The notes: a model not told the origin generated them from the letters alone. A stretch of 59,520 bases of DNA from Candidatus Saccharimonadales bacterium (GCA_035480955.1 DATIHF010000071.1:1-59520); one strand, 5' to 3'; shown: positions 1 through 9,141, numbered from the stretch's first letter. Made by a program: numbers and translations.

Positions 1-1188
1 GGCTGCAATCAGCAGCTGATCAGGGTCGGTGCCGACACCGTCGATGATCTCCTGGACCTTGCGGTCGATCTGCTGATCCATGAACTCGCCGTTGAGCTTG
101 CCGGGGAAGTGCTGAAGGGTCTCCGCGACGGTCGCGTGGGATTTCGCCTTCATTTCCTCGGATAGATTGGCGTTGTACCTCCCCATGTCGATCAGACAGA
201 GGTTGACGAACTCGTATTCCTGTGTTCGCTTGTTGAATACGCGGTAACCGTAGGGGACCTGGACCCCATTCACGTTCGGGCCGAAGTAGTAAGGGAGCTC
301 GTGGCACCAACTACACATGTTGGGGCGCTTTTCGGTCAGACTTTGCTGGGTCGTCACGTCTTCCTCCGTTGGTCGTGCGCTAGGCACGCCTATTGCGTCT
401 CGTAGACGGCTTCTTGCACCTGCTTCGTTCGGGCGGTGAATAGCCATTGCTGGCTCCTCTTCAGCTGAAGTAGTTGCCCCTCCTTTCGCAACCAAATCAT
501 CCCAACCAATTTGCACGATCCGCTTGATCTCGTTATCGGTAAAAGAGCTATTTCGCACTTCCCAACCCTCCACATAGGCATCTCTGTCTGCGGGAAGGTA
601 AAGGATGCGGCGATAGTCACTCTTCAAAACGAGGTTCTTGATTCCCTTTGGCCATGACTGGCCGTTAATTTCTGGGAAGCTGGGCTTATGACCGACGGTC
701 CGCTGAATGTTGCGGAAATTTCTCCTCAACAGTTGAACTATCAGATCTATGTCTTCCAGAATGTAGCCAAGCTGCCTGATCAGATCTTTATTTGGCGCCG
801 TGTGCTTGATCTCTACTATTCCTACGATTGTCGCCGTAGAACCCTCGTCAATGATCAGATCATCAGGGTTGGAAAAACTACGGGGAGGAACTAGCGGGAT
901 CTCAAATGAAGTTGTTCTAAGGAAAGCGAGCATGTAGTCTCTTGCTGCGCCAGCTTGTCCTTGTGTCTTTATGTAGCTTGGATCCAGCTTGGTCAGCTCT
1001 TCGTGCAGCTTGCCTCGTTTTCTCGCGATTGTTAGTTCATCTCTTTCTGCATATGAAATTCCTTGGGTGCCGAGTTTCTTCAGGATGGAGACTTGCACAC
1101 CTCGTTCTTCCTTACCCAAATGCGGGCGGAAGCGAGTGATATCCTCAATCACCTTGGAAACCCATTGATCAACGTCCCGAATAGTCAT
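1..1188 (-). CDS. Orphan protein with a complete 5' end, truncated at the 3' end by the window edge (at least 396 aa). N-terminal region has a PD-(D/E)xK nuclease-like core.
   Basis: Not in the ORF track because there is no stop inside the window. The minus frame whose codons end at position 1 has no stop between cta at 1246-1248 and position 1. ATG at 1188-1186 follows GGAAGGAG with a 7-nt spacer. Translation starts MTIRDVDQWVSKVIEDITRF. NPDDLIIDEGSTATIVGIVEIKHT fits D...ExK. CSWCHE occurs later. Confidence 0.6.
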   Translation of the reverse strand, partial: MTIRDVDQWVSKVIEDITRFRPHLGKEERGVQVSILKKLGTQGISYAERDELTIARKRGKLHEELTKLDPSYIKTQGQAGAARDYMLAFLRTTSFEIPLVPPRSFSNPDDLIIDEGSTATIVGIVEIKHTAPNKDLIRQLGYILEDIDLIVQLLRRNFRNIQRTVGHKPSFPEINGQSWPKGIKNLVLKSDYRRILYLPADRDAYVEGWEVRNSSFTDNEIKRIVQIGWDDLVAKGGATTSAEEEPAMAIHRPNEAGARSRLRDAIGVPSARPTEEDVTTQQSLTEKRPNMCSWCHELPYYFGPNVNGVQVPYGYRVFNKRTQEYEFVNLCLIDMGRYNANLSEEMKAKSHATVAETLQHFPGKLNGEFMDQQIDRKVQEIIDGVGTDPDQLLIAA

Positions 1189-1216
1189 CGGAGCGCTCCT
1201 TCCTCTTACGTGGCTA

Positions 1217-1244
1217 ATTATACCTGAAAATCTGGAAAAGTCAA
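1217..1244 (-). promoter_or_regulatory. Sigma70-type promoter, TTGACT-16 nt-TATAAT, about 25 nt upstream of the ATG at 1188
   Basis: Plus-strand agtcaa at 1239-1244 and attata at 1217-1222, which read TTGACT / TATAAT on the minus strand. Confidence 0.5.
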
Positions 1245-1360
1245 CCTATAGTTGATAAATGTGGTGGCAAGGTTTAAATCTAGGTTTTGATTGATAATTC
1301 AAGCAGTTATAATCTTTTTTATTACGAAACGCTTCAGCGGTTCATACCCTTTTTGGCAAC

Positions 1361-1469
1361 AAAAAACTCCATTTACTGGAGCCTAAGGGAAGTATAGGGG
1401 ACAGTTAGCTTTAAGGCTAATCCGATCTGTCCCTATGGCTGCTTTTCACCTGTTTCGGTAAACAGGGTG
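1361..1469 (-). terminator. Three stem-loops downstream of the 142-aa gene; the last is followed by a T6 run
   Basis: Minus-strand hairpins: CACCCTGTTT/AAACAGGTG (1447-1469), GGGACAG/CTGTCCCC plus ATA/TAT (1394-1436), and CTCCA-gtaaa-TGGAG followed by TTTTTT (1361-1381). Confidence 0.4.
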
Positions 1470-1517
1470 AGGCTCAGTTAATGCTTCACAAAAACCTCCT
1501 CTGCTCGAACTGAGCTA

Positions 1518-1946
1518 CTAGGCCAGGGCGAGCTCGGGAACCACCTCGGCGTCGTCGATCTTCAGGAAGCTGAGAAGACGCTCAATATTGGCGTCGGCTC
1601 TCTTCTGCTGTTGTGCGCGCCGGGTGCTCCTGTTCGTCTTTCCGTGCATGGACTTCTGTGCTTTCTCGCGAATCGTTCGCTCGATTGAGAGAGCACGTTG
1701 CATGTCTTCCACTGCCGTGGCAGCAGCTGACCAGTGAAGTCGGCTCGCGTGATCGAGGACGTCCTCGTAGTGAGGCTGGCTCAGAGAACCAATCTCGCGC
1801 TCGACCACCTTTGAGAGCACCTTTTCCACATACTTCTTATCCTCGTTGTGGAAACGGCAGATCAGTGACTCATCGTTTAGAGAGATGAGTCCCAACCCAC
1901 CGTGCTTGCCTGGCTCGTCTGCCTGGCAAAAAAGTGGCTTACTCAT
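1518..1946 (-). CDS. Hypothetical protein, 142 aa (orphan, GC-rich cassette A)
   Basis: Track ORF. ATG preceded by AAAGGAG with a 6-nt spacer. No family motif recognised. Confidence 0.6.
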   Translation of the reverse strand: MSKPLFCQADEPGKHGGLGLISLNDESLICRFHNEDKKYVEKVLSKVVEREIGSLSQPHYEDVLDHASRLHWSAAATAVEDMQRALSIERTIREKAQKSMHGKTNRSTRRAQQQKRADANIERLLSFLKIDDAEVVPELALA

Positions 1947-2181
1947 TTTGTTCTCCTTTCAAAGAGAACAGCTCCACGGAAGTACAGGGGAGCATCTGTT
2001 TGGCTTGAAGCCAAAAATCCGCTCCTGAAGGTAACCCTCAAGAGCAGATTTCTAGCCTCAATCTGATCTAGTTCAAATTTGGCCCTTAAGACTCGGGAAG
2101 AATTTTTCACCTCCTTTGTATAGATTCCCCGTAATTTCTTACGGACCAAGTTTGAGAAGATCAGTTCTAGGTTTGGGACGA

Positions 2182-2218
2182 GCGGGAGGATTTATTGCAT
2201 TTCTGCTAGTCCTCCCGC
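2182..2218 (-). other. 9-bp GC-rich stem-loop, about 40 nt downstream of the 48-aa micro-ORF
   Basis: gcgggagga (2182-2190) pairs with tcctcccgc (2210-2218). No U-run follows, so it may be a processing or stability element rather than a terminator. Confidence 0.35.
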
Positions 2219-2256
2219 CCGATTGTCCCTATTCAGTTGTCACTCAAGCCGCTGGT

Positions 2257-2403
2257 TCAGCTCTTGCGAGCGGACGCCAGGGCCTTGCAGGTCTTGTCGA
2301 ACGCGTCACCGAGGCTGTACGCGCGGTCTGTGCGGCCGCCGGGCAGGACGATGAGCTTCGAGTTGACGTTGAATTGCTTGTACGACTGACTGTTGCGGGA
2401 CAT
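2257..2403 (-). CDS. Candidate micro-protein, 48 aa (MSRNSQSYKQFNVNSKLIVLPGGRTDRAYSLGDAFDKTCKALASARKS)
   Basis: Below the ORF-track size cutoff. ATG at 2403 preceded by AGGAG with a 6-nt spacer. It is the first ORF after the promoter at 2483-2511. Track ORFs 2116..2481(+) and 2244..2492(-) are other frames with Arg/Ser/Ala-biased composition. Confidence 0.35.
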   Translation of the reverse strand: MSRNSQSYKQFNVNSKLIVLPGGRTDRAYSLGDAFDKTCKALASARKS

Positions 2404-2482
2404 GCAATACTCCTGATAAGTGCGCTAGCCGCCTCAAATTGGCTGACTAGAAGCTCACGCTTTATGCCTGAACTTAAATAAA

Positions 2483-2511
2483 AGTATAGCATATTTTAGC
2501 CCTTTTGTCAA
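2483..2511 (-). promoter_or_regulatory. Near-consensus extended -10 promoter (TTGACA-17-TGC-TATACT) at the edge of cassette A
   Basis: The minus strand reads gtacTTGACAaaagggctaaaatatgcTATACTttt. It fires leftward into the GC-rich segment. Confidence 0.6.
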
Positions 2512-2546
2512 GTACTATGGGTCCTATATATTGTTGTGTTTGGGGA

Positions 2547-5498
2547 TTATTTTCTCACTAAACTAAATGGGCAAATAGAATTGAATGGGCAGTAATAGCA
2601 CGCTGGTGTCCGACCAAAATACTTGGGGTTAGCTGGAAAACTATCGGTCATTAGGTTTTCTTGAACCTTTCCCGCAACTTCGATTACCTCTTCTTCGGTT
2701 TTCTTAATTAATTCCTTGTCGGGAGAATAGCCGCCGACCAGACCGCTTTCCAAATCGTAAATTCCGACAAAGTCTGGGACGACTCTGTAATTTTTAAAAT
2801 AAGCTAGCGTGTAGACTTTCAACTGAATACTGTCTTTGGCGTTTTTCGCGAGCTCTTCCTCGGTACGGTTTTCCGTGGACTTGTAATCAATGATGCGCAC
2901 TTTATCTTTTTCAATATCGACTCGGTCGTAGCGACCATTAACTACTACTTGGACTTCTTTGGTGTCTAGTGAAAAACGAAAAGGTTTCTCGATAAAAGAC
3001 GGCAACTCCTTTGAAGAGTTTTCTCTCTGCCAGAAAGCTTTGAGAACTGACTTGGCTTGGACGAGTCTTTGTTCTTCGTGGGCGGCAGTGAGAAAACCTT
3101 CGTTGACCCAAGTGTTTTCCAAAACTTCGTAAAGTTGGTCAAGTTTTGGGGTGATCCCAGCTAGTTTTATTTTCCAAAATTCGGCAACAGAGGCGTGGAG
3201 GGCAAAACCGTAAACTACCGCGTGATGGCGGAGAATGGGCAAGCGCAGGACATGAGCATAGCGGTATTTGTAAGCACAGGTTTCGTAATCATCAATGCTC
3301 CCCTGAGAAAGAGTGATGATTCTCCTTTTCGCAACGCTGCTCAGGAGGACTTTTTCCTGAGTTATTATTTCAAACTGTTTGATTTTTTCTAGAGAACTCT
3401 TAGCTTGGACTTTACCCTCGGAAGAGGGTTTATCTAGTGCTTCCAGCACAAAAGGAGAGATCTTCTTGAGTCTTTTTCCTCCGGCATCACGCGACCAGGT
3501 GTAATAAAGCCTTTCTTTGGCACGAGTGGAGCCAACGTAAAAGAGCCGTCTTTCTTCTTGAATATGAAAGTCCCCTTCCGGCAGAGTTTCTTTGATCAGC
3601 TCTTCTGGCAAGGATAGGATTTCACTTCTTTCTCGAGAGGGGAAACGATCGGCCACTAGCCCCACCATAAAGACAGTAGAGAATTCCAACCCTTTGGCAG
3701 CGTGAACCGTCAACAGACTCACGGCATCGAGATCAGGGTCAAAATCAGCCGCCGCTGGGTCATCTCCCACCTGTTGCATGGTTTCTAAATAATCAACAAA
3801 AGCGGCAACTGACTCGTTTTGTGAAATCTGGATAAATTCAGTAATTTTGTCAAAAAACTTGGCGATGTTTTGAATTTTTAGTACTGACTCAACGCTTCCT
3901 TCTTTTTCCAGCTTTTTCAAGTAGAGAGTCTTTTCCAGGAATCGGTAGAGGACTTTGCCAATATTTTCTTTACGGGAAAGCTCCAAGGCTTCACTCTGAT
4001 CACTAATTAACTTTTCAACTATTGCGGCTGCTTTATCTGAAACTTCAATTTCCTCAAGTTTTTTTAAATTTGCAAAAGTATAGGCGAGACTCCTGTTTCT
4101 TTTCTTCGAAAAGTCAGAGAGAGTGATCGTATCTGCTACCGGAAGTTGGTAAATTTCTGAGACGGCTAAATCATACAAGCTGAGCGAGTCTTCTAAACTC
4201 ACTAGGGTCTTGAGGAAAGAAATTAATAAGCGAATTTCTTTTTGTCCGTAGAGCCCAGAAATTCCGCTAAATTTAAAGGGGATTTTTCTTAAATTTAGGC
4301 CCCTGATGAAAGGATCAGCCTGGGAATTAGCTCTTACTAAGATTGCAATTTCTTTGTAATTTTTTTTATTTTTGATTATTTTTTCGATTTTTTCAGCGAC
4401 AAAGTCAGATTCCTCTGATAGAGCTTCAAAAGCAAAGTCTTGTGGTCTCTCTCCCTTTTTTTTAATAACACTTATTAATTTTTTATTAATTTTATTTTTT
4501 ACTTCGAGGCGGTCTGGGTCATTGAATTTAATGAGACGATAACTGCTGTCGAGAAGCTCTTGAGTGGAGCGGTAGTTTACAGTAAGAACAATCTGCTCTG
4601 CTTTAGGGAAATCTTTTTTAAACTGCAAAATATTTGAAATTGACGCGCCGCGGAATTTGTAAATGCTTTGATCATCATCCCCAACAACAGTCAGATTTTT
4701 GTGAGAGGAAGCGAGAAGTTTAACTAATTCGTTTTGTGAGTAGTTAGTATCCTGGTATTCGTCAACTAAAATATATTTAAACTTTTTTTGATAGTTTTTC
4801 AGAATTTCTGGGTTTTTTCTAAATAATTGCAGGGTCTTAAAAACCTGATCTCCGTAATCGATTTTTCCCGCCGCCTCTTTTAGTTCCTCGTAATGAGTAT
4901 AAAAATCAGCGAGTTCTTTTATTTTTTCAAGCTCTCTTGTTTTTTCACTTTTTTCTTCTTTATTTTTTATTTTTGCAAGATTATTTTTGGATTTTTGGAG
5001 ATATTTTTGTAGCTCCTCAGGGGAGTTATCTTCATCTTTAGCGCGGGAAATAAAAGAAAGTATGGCTTCGATAAACTTGGTTGGGTTGGAGAGAGGTCGG
5101 TAGTACCTCAATTTAAAGGAGAAGAGGTTTTGCAGTACGAAAAGAATTTGCTGAGGCTTGCTCAAGACTTTGAAGTCCGAGGGCATCCCCATCTCCAAAG
5201 CTTTCTCACGCAAGACTCGGTCACCAAAAGCATGAAAGGTAGAGATCCAAGTATCAACGTAACCATAGGGAACTAAAACATCAACCCTTTCTTCCATCTC
5301 AGCGGCCGCTTTTTCAGTGAAAGTCAAAGCCAGAATTTCCGAAGGCTTGGCTAGTTTTTTTTTAATTAAATAGGCGATTCGGCGCGTGATAACAGTGGTT
5401 TTGCCAGTCCCAGATCCGGCAATGATCAGCAAAGGGCCTTCTGTAGTCGTAACGGCTTTTTTCTGCTCAGTGTTTAGGGAGTAGAGAATCTCAGTCAT
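2547..5498 (-). CDS. UvrD/PcrA-family helicase fused to a C-terminal Cas4/AddB-type PD-(D/E)xK nuclease with Fe-S cysteines
   Basis: Helicase motifs: GSGTGKTT, VDEYQDTN, VGDDDQSIYKFRGA, NYRS, TVHAAKGLEF, YVGSTRAKERL. C-terminus: ETCAYKY ... DRVDIEKDKVRIIDYKS ... CYYCPFNSIC. Confidence 0.85.
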   Translation of the reverse strand: MTEILYSLNTEQKKAVTTTEGPLLIIAGSGTGKTTVITRRIAYLIKKKLAKPSEILALTFTEKAAAEMEERVDVLVPYGYVDTWISTFHAFGDRVLREKALEMGMPSDFKVLSKPQQILFVLQNLFSFKLRYYRPLSNPTKFIEAILSFISRAKDEDNSPEELQKYLQKSKNNLAKIKNKEEKSEKTRELEKIKELADFYTHYEELKEAAGKIDYGDQVFKTLQLFRKNPEILKNYQKKFKYILVDEYQDTNYSQNELVKLLASSHKNLTVVGDDDQSIYKFRGASISNILQFKKDFPKAEQIVLTVNYRSTQELLDSSYRLIKFNDPDRLEVKNKINKKLISVIKKKGERPQDFAFEALSEESDFVAEKIEKIIKNKKNYKEIAILVRANSQADPFIRGLNLRKIPFKFSGISGLYGQKEIRLLISFLKTLVSLEDSLSLYDLAVSEIYQLPVADTITLSDFSKKRNRSLAYTFANLKKLEEIEVSDKAAAIVEKLISDQSEALELSRKENIGKVLYRFLEKTLYLKKLEKEGSVESVLKIQNIAKFFDKITEFIQISQNESVAAFVDYLETMQQVGDDPAAADFDPDLDAVSLLTVHAAKGLEFSTVFMVGLVADRFPSRERSEILSLPEELIKETLPEGDFHIQEERRLFYVGSTRAKERLYYTWSRDAGGKRLKKISPFVLEALDKPSSEGKVQAKSSLEKIKQFEIITQEKVLLSSVAKRRIITLSQGSIDDYETCAYKYRYAHVLRLPILRHHAVVYGFALHASVAEFWKIKLAGITPKLDQLYEVLENTWVNEGFLTAAHEEQRLVQAKSVLKAFWQRENSSKELPSFIEKPFRFSLDTKEVQVVVNGRYDRVDIEKDKVRIIDYKSTENRTEEELAKNAKDSIQLKVYTLAYFKNYRVVPDFVGIYDLESGLVGGYSPDKELIKKTEEEVIEVAGKVQENLMTDSFPANPKYFGRTPACYYCPFNSICPFSLVRK

Positions 5499-6507
5499 CT
5501 TCTCTTTCTGGCAGAGTTTTTTCCTCTTTTGAAGAGGGTAAGTCGGAAACGGAGGTTATTTTATTGGACAAACTTGAGTAACGATTGTTGACCAAGTCTG
5601 AAGTATTTTTGGTATCGGCAATATGTTTGGTTAAAACCCGCAGGGCCTCGCCAAATTTCTCTGACTCAGTCTGGATACTACGCAGAGAAGTGATGATCAC
5701 CTCAGCTCTTTCTTCAATTTTCTTTCCCTCAAAAGAGATCAGAATTGTTCGCAGGTAAGCGTAAAAAGTCGAAGGGGAAACTGGTAAGACTCTTCTCTTG
5801 TGGGAGTAATCCGAGAGCTCACTACTCTCCGCCATAATCTCGTAGAAAACTGCCTCACTGGGAACATACATCAGGGCGTAGTCAATCGTTCCCTCTTCTG
5901 GCAAGATGTATTTATTGGCGATATCGTCAATGTGTTTTTTGACATCTCGGCTAAATTCTTTTTGATGAAGGTTTTTCTCGGCCTCAGTTTCAGAGGAGTT
6001 CATTTTGCGGAAATTCTCTAGAGGAAATTTCGAGTCAATCGGGATGATGCCGGCTTCGGTTTTGATTGCGGCATCGACGATTTCCCCACTTTTGAAACGA
6101 TATTGCAGATTAAAACTTCCTTTAGGCAAGAACTGGCCAAGAAGCTGCTTGAGAACCTGCTCGCCAATATTCCCCCGCAGCTTCGGAGAGCGCAGGAAAT
6201 CTTGGAGCTCTTTCATCGAACGGCCAATCTCGGACATTTCCCCAATTTCTTTCTGAACTCCAGAGATAACGGTTGCAGCTTTATCCAAGCGTTCATTCAG
6301 AGCGTTACTTGCTTCACTGAGTTGTTTTTGTGTCGTCTCGGTGTTTCGATCCAGCGACGCTTGCATTCCTTTCAGCCATTCGGTCAAAACTTTCAGACTC
6401 TCTTCTTCACGATTATTTTTAGCAGATTTCTCGATTGCTTTATAAATAATGAAAAAACCAACAATGAGGATTATTCCGAGAACTACAAGTAAAGTTTGGG
6501 TATCCAT
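5491..6507 (-). CDS. rmuC: DNA recombination protein RmuC
   Basis: N-terminal TM segment plus coiled coil. LRSPKLRGNIGEQVLKQLL and IPIDSKFP are typical RmuC blocks. Overlaps the helicase gene by 8 nt. Confidence 0.8.
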   Translation of the reverse strand: MDTQTLLVVLGIILIVGFFIIYKAIEKSAKNNREEESLKVLTEWLKGMQASLDRNTETTQKQLSEASNALNERLDKAATVISGVQKEIGEMSEIGRSMKELQDFLRSPKLRGNIGEQVLKQLLGQFLPKGSFNLQYRFKSGEIVDAAIKTEAGIIPIDSKFPLENFRKMNSSETEAEKNLHQKEFSRDVKKHIDDIANKYILPEEGTIDYALMYVPSEAVFYEIMAESSELSDYSHKRRVLPVSPSTFYAYLRTILISFEGKKIEERAEVIITSLRSIQTESEKFGEALRVLTKHIADTKNTSDLVNNRYSSLSNKITSVSDLPSSKEEKTLPEREDD

Positions 6508-6558
6508 AGATTGCCCATCTTAGCAAAGTTCTCCTGAAGTTGTAAACTGAAGTTATAC

Positions 6559-6960
6559 GTGTTTCTCTACATCCTTCCGACTATTTTGCTAACCGCTCTC
6601 TCAAGCCTAGTTTTTCTTTTCATCGCCAACTATACTTCTCCGAGAGACGCAAGCGGGAACCTAATTTTGATTAATACAATTTATTTTTTTGTTTCCGCCT
6701 TTGTGAGCCTTGCTGGCTTCTTCACCCTTTTGTTATACTCTGTCTCGAGCCTGAGAAGGAAGTCTTCTGAAAAAGCCAAGGTGGAGAAAATTCATACTCC
6801 CAAGATCGACTTCCGCAGAAGTCTGAGACACGGTGTACTTGCCAGCTCTACCATTGTTGGGATTGGTCTGCTCAACGCGTTGCAGTTTGCCAACCCACTC
6901 AACATAATTTTGCTGATATCAGCTTTTCTGTTGATTGAAATTTACTTCTTTGGACACTAA
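6559..6960 (+). CDS. Hypothetical membrane protein (about 4 TM)
   Basis: Track ORF with GTG start and hydrophobic segments. No motif recognised. Confidence 0.45.
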   Translation: MFLYILPTILLTALSSLVFLFIANYTSPRDASGNLILINTIYFFVSAFVSLAGFFTLLLYSVSSLRRKSSEKAKVEKIHTPKIDFRRSLRHGVLASSTIVGIGLLNALQFANPLNIILLISAFLLIEIYFFGH

Positions 6961-6966
6961 CTGTTT

Positions 6967-8367
6967 ATGGACAAGAAAAAGTTTTTTGTAACAACACCAA
7001 TCTACTACGTCAATGACGTTGCCCACATTGGCCATGCCTACGCGACGATCGCCGCGGATATCCTCGCGCGCTTTCACCGAAACCTTGGAGAAGAAGTTTT
7101 CTTTTTGACTGGGCTTGATGAGAATTCTCAAAAAACCGTTGCCGCCGCAGAGAAAGCTGGTAAAAGTCTTGAAGACTACACTAACGATCTAGCGACAAAG
7201 TGGCAGGAAACCTGGAAGAATTTGGCTATTTCAAACGATGACTTTATTCGCACCACCGAGCCTCGTCACAAAAAAATAGTCGAGGATTTTTTTAAAAAAG
7301 TTTTCGAAAAAGGAGATATTTACAAAGGTAAGTATGAAGGCCTCTATTGCGTCGGTCACGAAGCTTTTTTACGAAAAGAGGATTTAGACGAAGGAGGGCT
7401 CTGTCCTGATCACAAAACCAAACCAGAGCACCTCTCAGAGGAGAACTACTTTTTTCGTCTCTCAAATTATCAAGGCCAGCTCCTAAAATTTTATCAAGAA
7501 AATCCTAATTTTATAGAACCAAAAGAGCGCTACAACGAGGTGGTCAAATTTGTTGAGTCTGGTTTGCAAGATATCTCAGTCACCCGGGCCAATCAAAAAT
7601 GGGGTATTAGTGCTCCTAATGACAGCTCTCAGGTAATTTATGTCTGGTTTGACGCTCTGATCAACTATCTTTCCGCTGATCCAGGCAAATGGCCGGCTGA
7701 TCTACACATCATTGGCAAAGATATCTTGCGTTTTCACGCCATCATTTGGCCAGCAATGCTTCTCTCCGCTGACTACCCTCTTCCCAAGAAAATTTTTGCC
7801 CATGGCTTTTTTACCGTTGACGGGGTAAAAATCAGTAAGTCTTTGGGTAATAGTATCGATCCTGTGGAAATCGCTAAAGAATATGGTAATGACAGTCTGC
7901 GTTACTTTCTTTTCCACGAGTTTCCTTTTGGCAATGACGGCGATTTTTCCTTCGAAAGACTTAGAGAAGTCTACAACTCTGATCTGGCAAACGGTCTGGG
8001 GAATTTAGTCTCTCGCGTGGCGACTCTGGCACAGAAACTTGATTTAGACGGTTTAAAAATTCCCGAGAAGCCACTACTGGATTCTACTTTTCGAATTCAC
8101 TTAGAAAAGCTAGAGTTTTTAGAAGCCCTTGACTATATTTGGGACAAAATCAGAAAAGTTGATAAAAGTATTGAGCAAAATAAACCTTGGGAGACTCTTA
8201 AAGAAGACCCTGAGAAAGCCAAGGCGGTCGTTGAAAATTTGCTTCGTCAGATCGTTGAGATAAAAGAGTTGATTGAACCTTTTTTGCCGGAAACTGCTAC
8301 TAAAATCACTGAACAATTCTCTGGTCTAAAGATAGTCTCTCAAAAACCCCTTTTTCCAAGAAAATAG
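6967..8367 (+). CDS. metG: Methionyl-tRNA synthetase (short form, no C-terminal tRNA-binding domain)
   Basis: TTPIYYVNDVAHIGHAY (HIGH motif) and KISKSLGN (KMSKS motif). Confidence 0.9.
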   Translation: MDKKKFFVTTPIYYVNDVAHIGHAYATIAADILARFHRNLGEEVFFLTGLDENSQKTVAAAEKAGKSLEDYTNDLATKWQETWKNLAISNDDFIRTTEPRHKKIVEDFFKKVFEKGDIYKGKYEGLYCVGHEAFLRKEDLDEGGLCPDHKTKPEHLSEENYFFRLSNYQGQLLKFYQENPNFIEPKERYNEVVKFVESGLQDISVTRANQKWGISAPNDSSQVIYVWFDALINYLSADPGKWPADLHIIGKDILRFHAIIWPAMLLSADYPLPKKIFAHGFFTVDGVKISKSLGNSIDPVEIAKEYGNDSLRYFLFHEFPFGNDGDFSFERLREVYNSDLANGLGNLVSRVATLAQKLDLDGLKIPEKPLLDSTFRIHLEKLEFLEALDYIWDKIRKVDKSIEQNKPWETLKEDPEKAKAVVENLLRQIVEIKELIEPFLPETATKITEQFSGLKIVSQKPLFPRK

Positions 8368-8370
8368 TCT

Positions 8371-9141
8371 ATGAAACCAATCGACACTCATGCCCATCTG
8401 CAGTTTCAGAAATTTGACTCGGATCGTTCTGTTGTTGTCAAAAGAAATTCGCAGGATCTACTGGCGGTTATCAACCCTGGCGCTGACCTAGATTCATCCG
8501 AAAAGGGGGTTGCCCTTGCCCAAGAGGTTGACAATTTTTATGCTGCAGTAGGGGTACACCCGCATCACGCGGACAATTGGGATAAAACTTATTTACCCAA
8601 ACTAGAAAATTTGATCAGTCAACCTAAAGTTGTCGCGGTTGGGGAGATCGGGCTGGATAACTACCAATACGCTGGTTACCCAGCGCCAGAAATCGAAAAA
8701 CAAAAAGAAATTCTAATTCCCCAGATACAGCTATCGCTAAAACACCAAAAACCCATTTTATTTCACTGTCGAGAAGCCTATGATGATTTATATGAGGCTA
8801 TCAAAGCTTATCGTCCTTTGAGAGGCTTAGTTCATTGTTTTATGGGTGACTACTCCGTCGCGCAAAAATTTGTTGATCTAGGACTTCTGATTTCTTTTGC
8901 GGGGAACCTAACTTACAAAACAAATGCGCACATGCGAGAGGCCGCGGCCGCTCTTACCCAAGATAAAATTCTTTTGGAGACTGATTCGCCCTATTTGACT
9001 CCAGAGCCACACCGAGGACAAAGAAATGAGCCCGTCAACGTCATCTTTGTCGCGAAAACTATTGCGACTGTGCGAAAAACTAGTCTGGAGAAAATTATCG
9101 AAGTAACCACTAGCAATGCAAGGGAACTTTTTAAAATATGA
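8371..9141 (+). CDS. tatD: TatD-family metal-dependent hydrolase/DNase
   Basis: IDTHAHL, GEIGLD, HCR/HCF and ETDSPYL blocks. Confidence 0.85.
   Translation: MKPIDTHAHLQFQKFDSDRSVVVKRNSQDLLAVINPGADLDSSEKGVALAQEVDNFYAAVGVHPHHADNWDKTYLPKLENLISQPKVVAVGEIGLDNYQYAGYPAPEIEKQKEILIPQIQLSLKHQKPILFHCREAYDDLYEAIKAYRPLRGLVHCFMGDYSVAQKFVDLGLLISFAGNLTYKTNAHMREAAAALTQDKILLETDSPYLTPEPHRGQRNEPVNVIFVAKTIATVRKTSLEKIIEVTTSNARELFKI

Noticed and set aside
20-1139. Track ORFs 20..310(-), 390..620(-), 688..894(+) and 942..1139(+)
   Set aside because: All lie within one continuous minus-strand frame (1..1188) that has a proper RBS and ATG and a plausible protein sequence. The short ORFs are Arg/Pro/Ser-biased alternative frames typical of GC-rich DNA.
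1613-2492. Track ORFs 1613..1888(+), 1846..2028(+), 1943..2149(-), 2116..2481(+) and 2244..2492(-)
   Set aside because: They are antisense to or out of frame with the 142-aa gene and the RBS-linked 48-aa ORF. None has an RBS and their composition is skewed. 1943..2149 starts at a TTG inside a hairpin-rich spacer.
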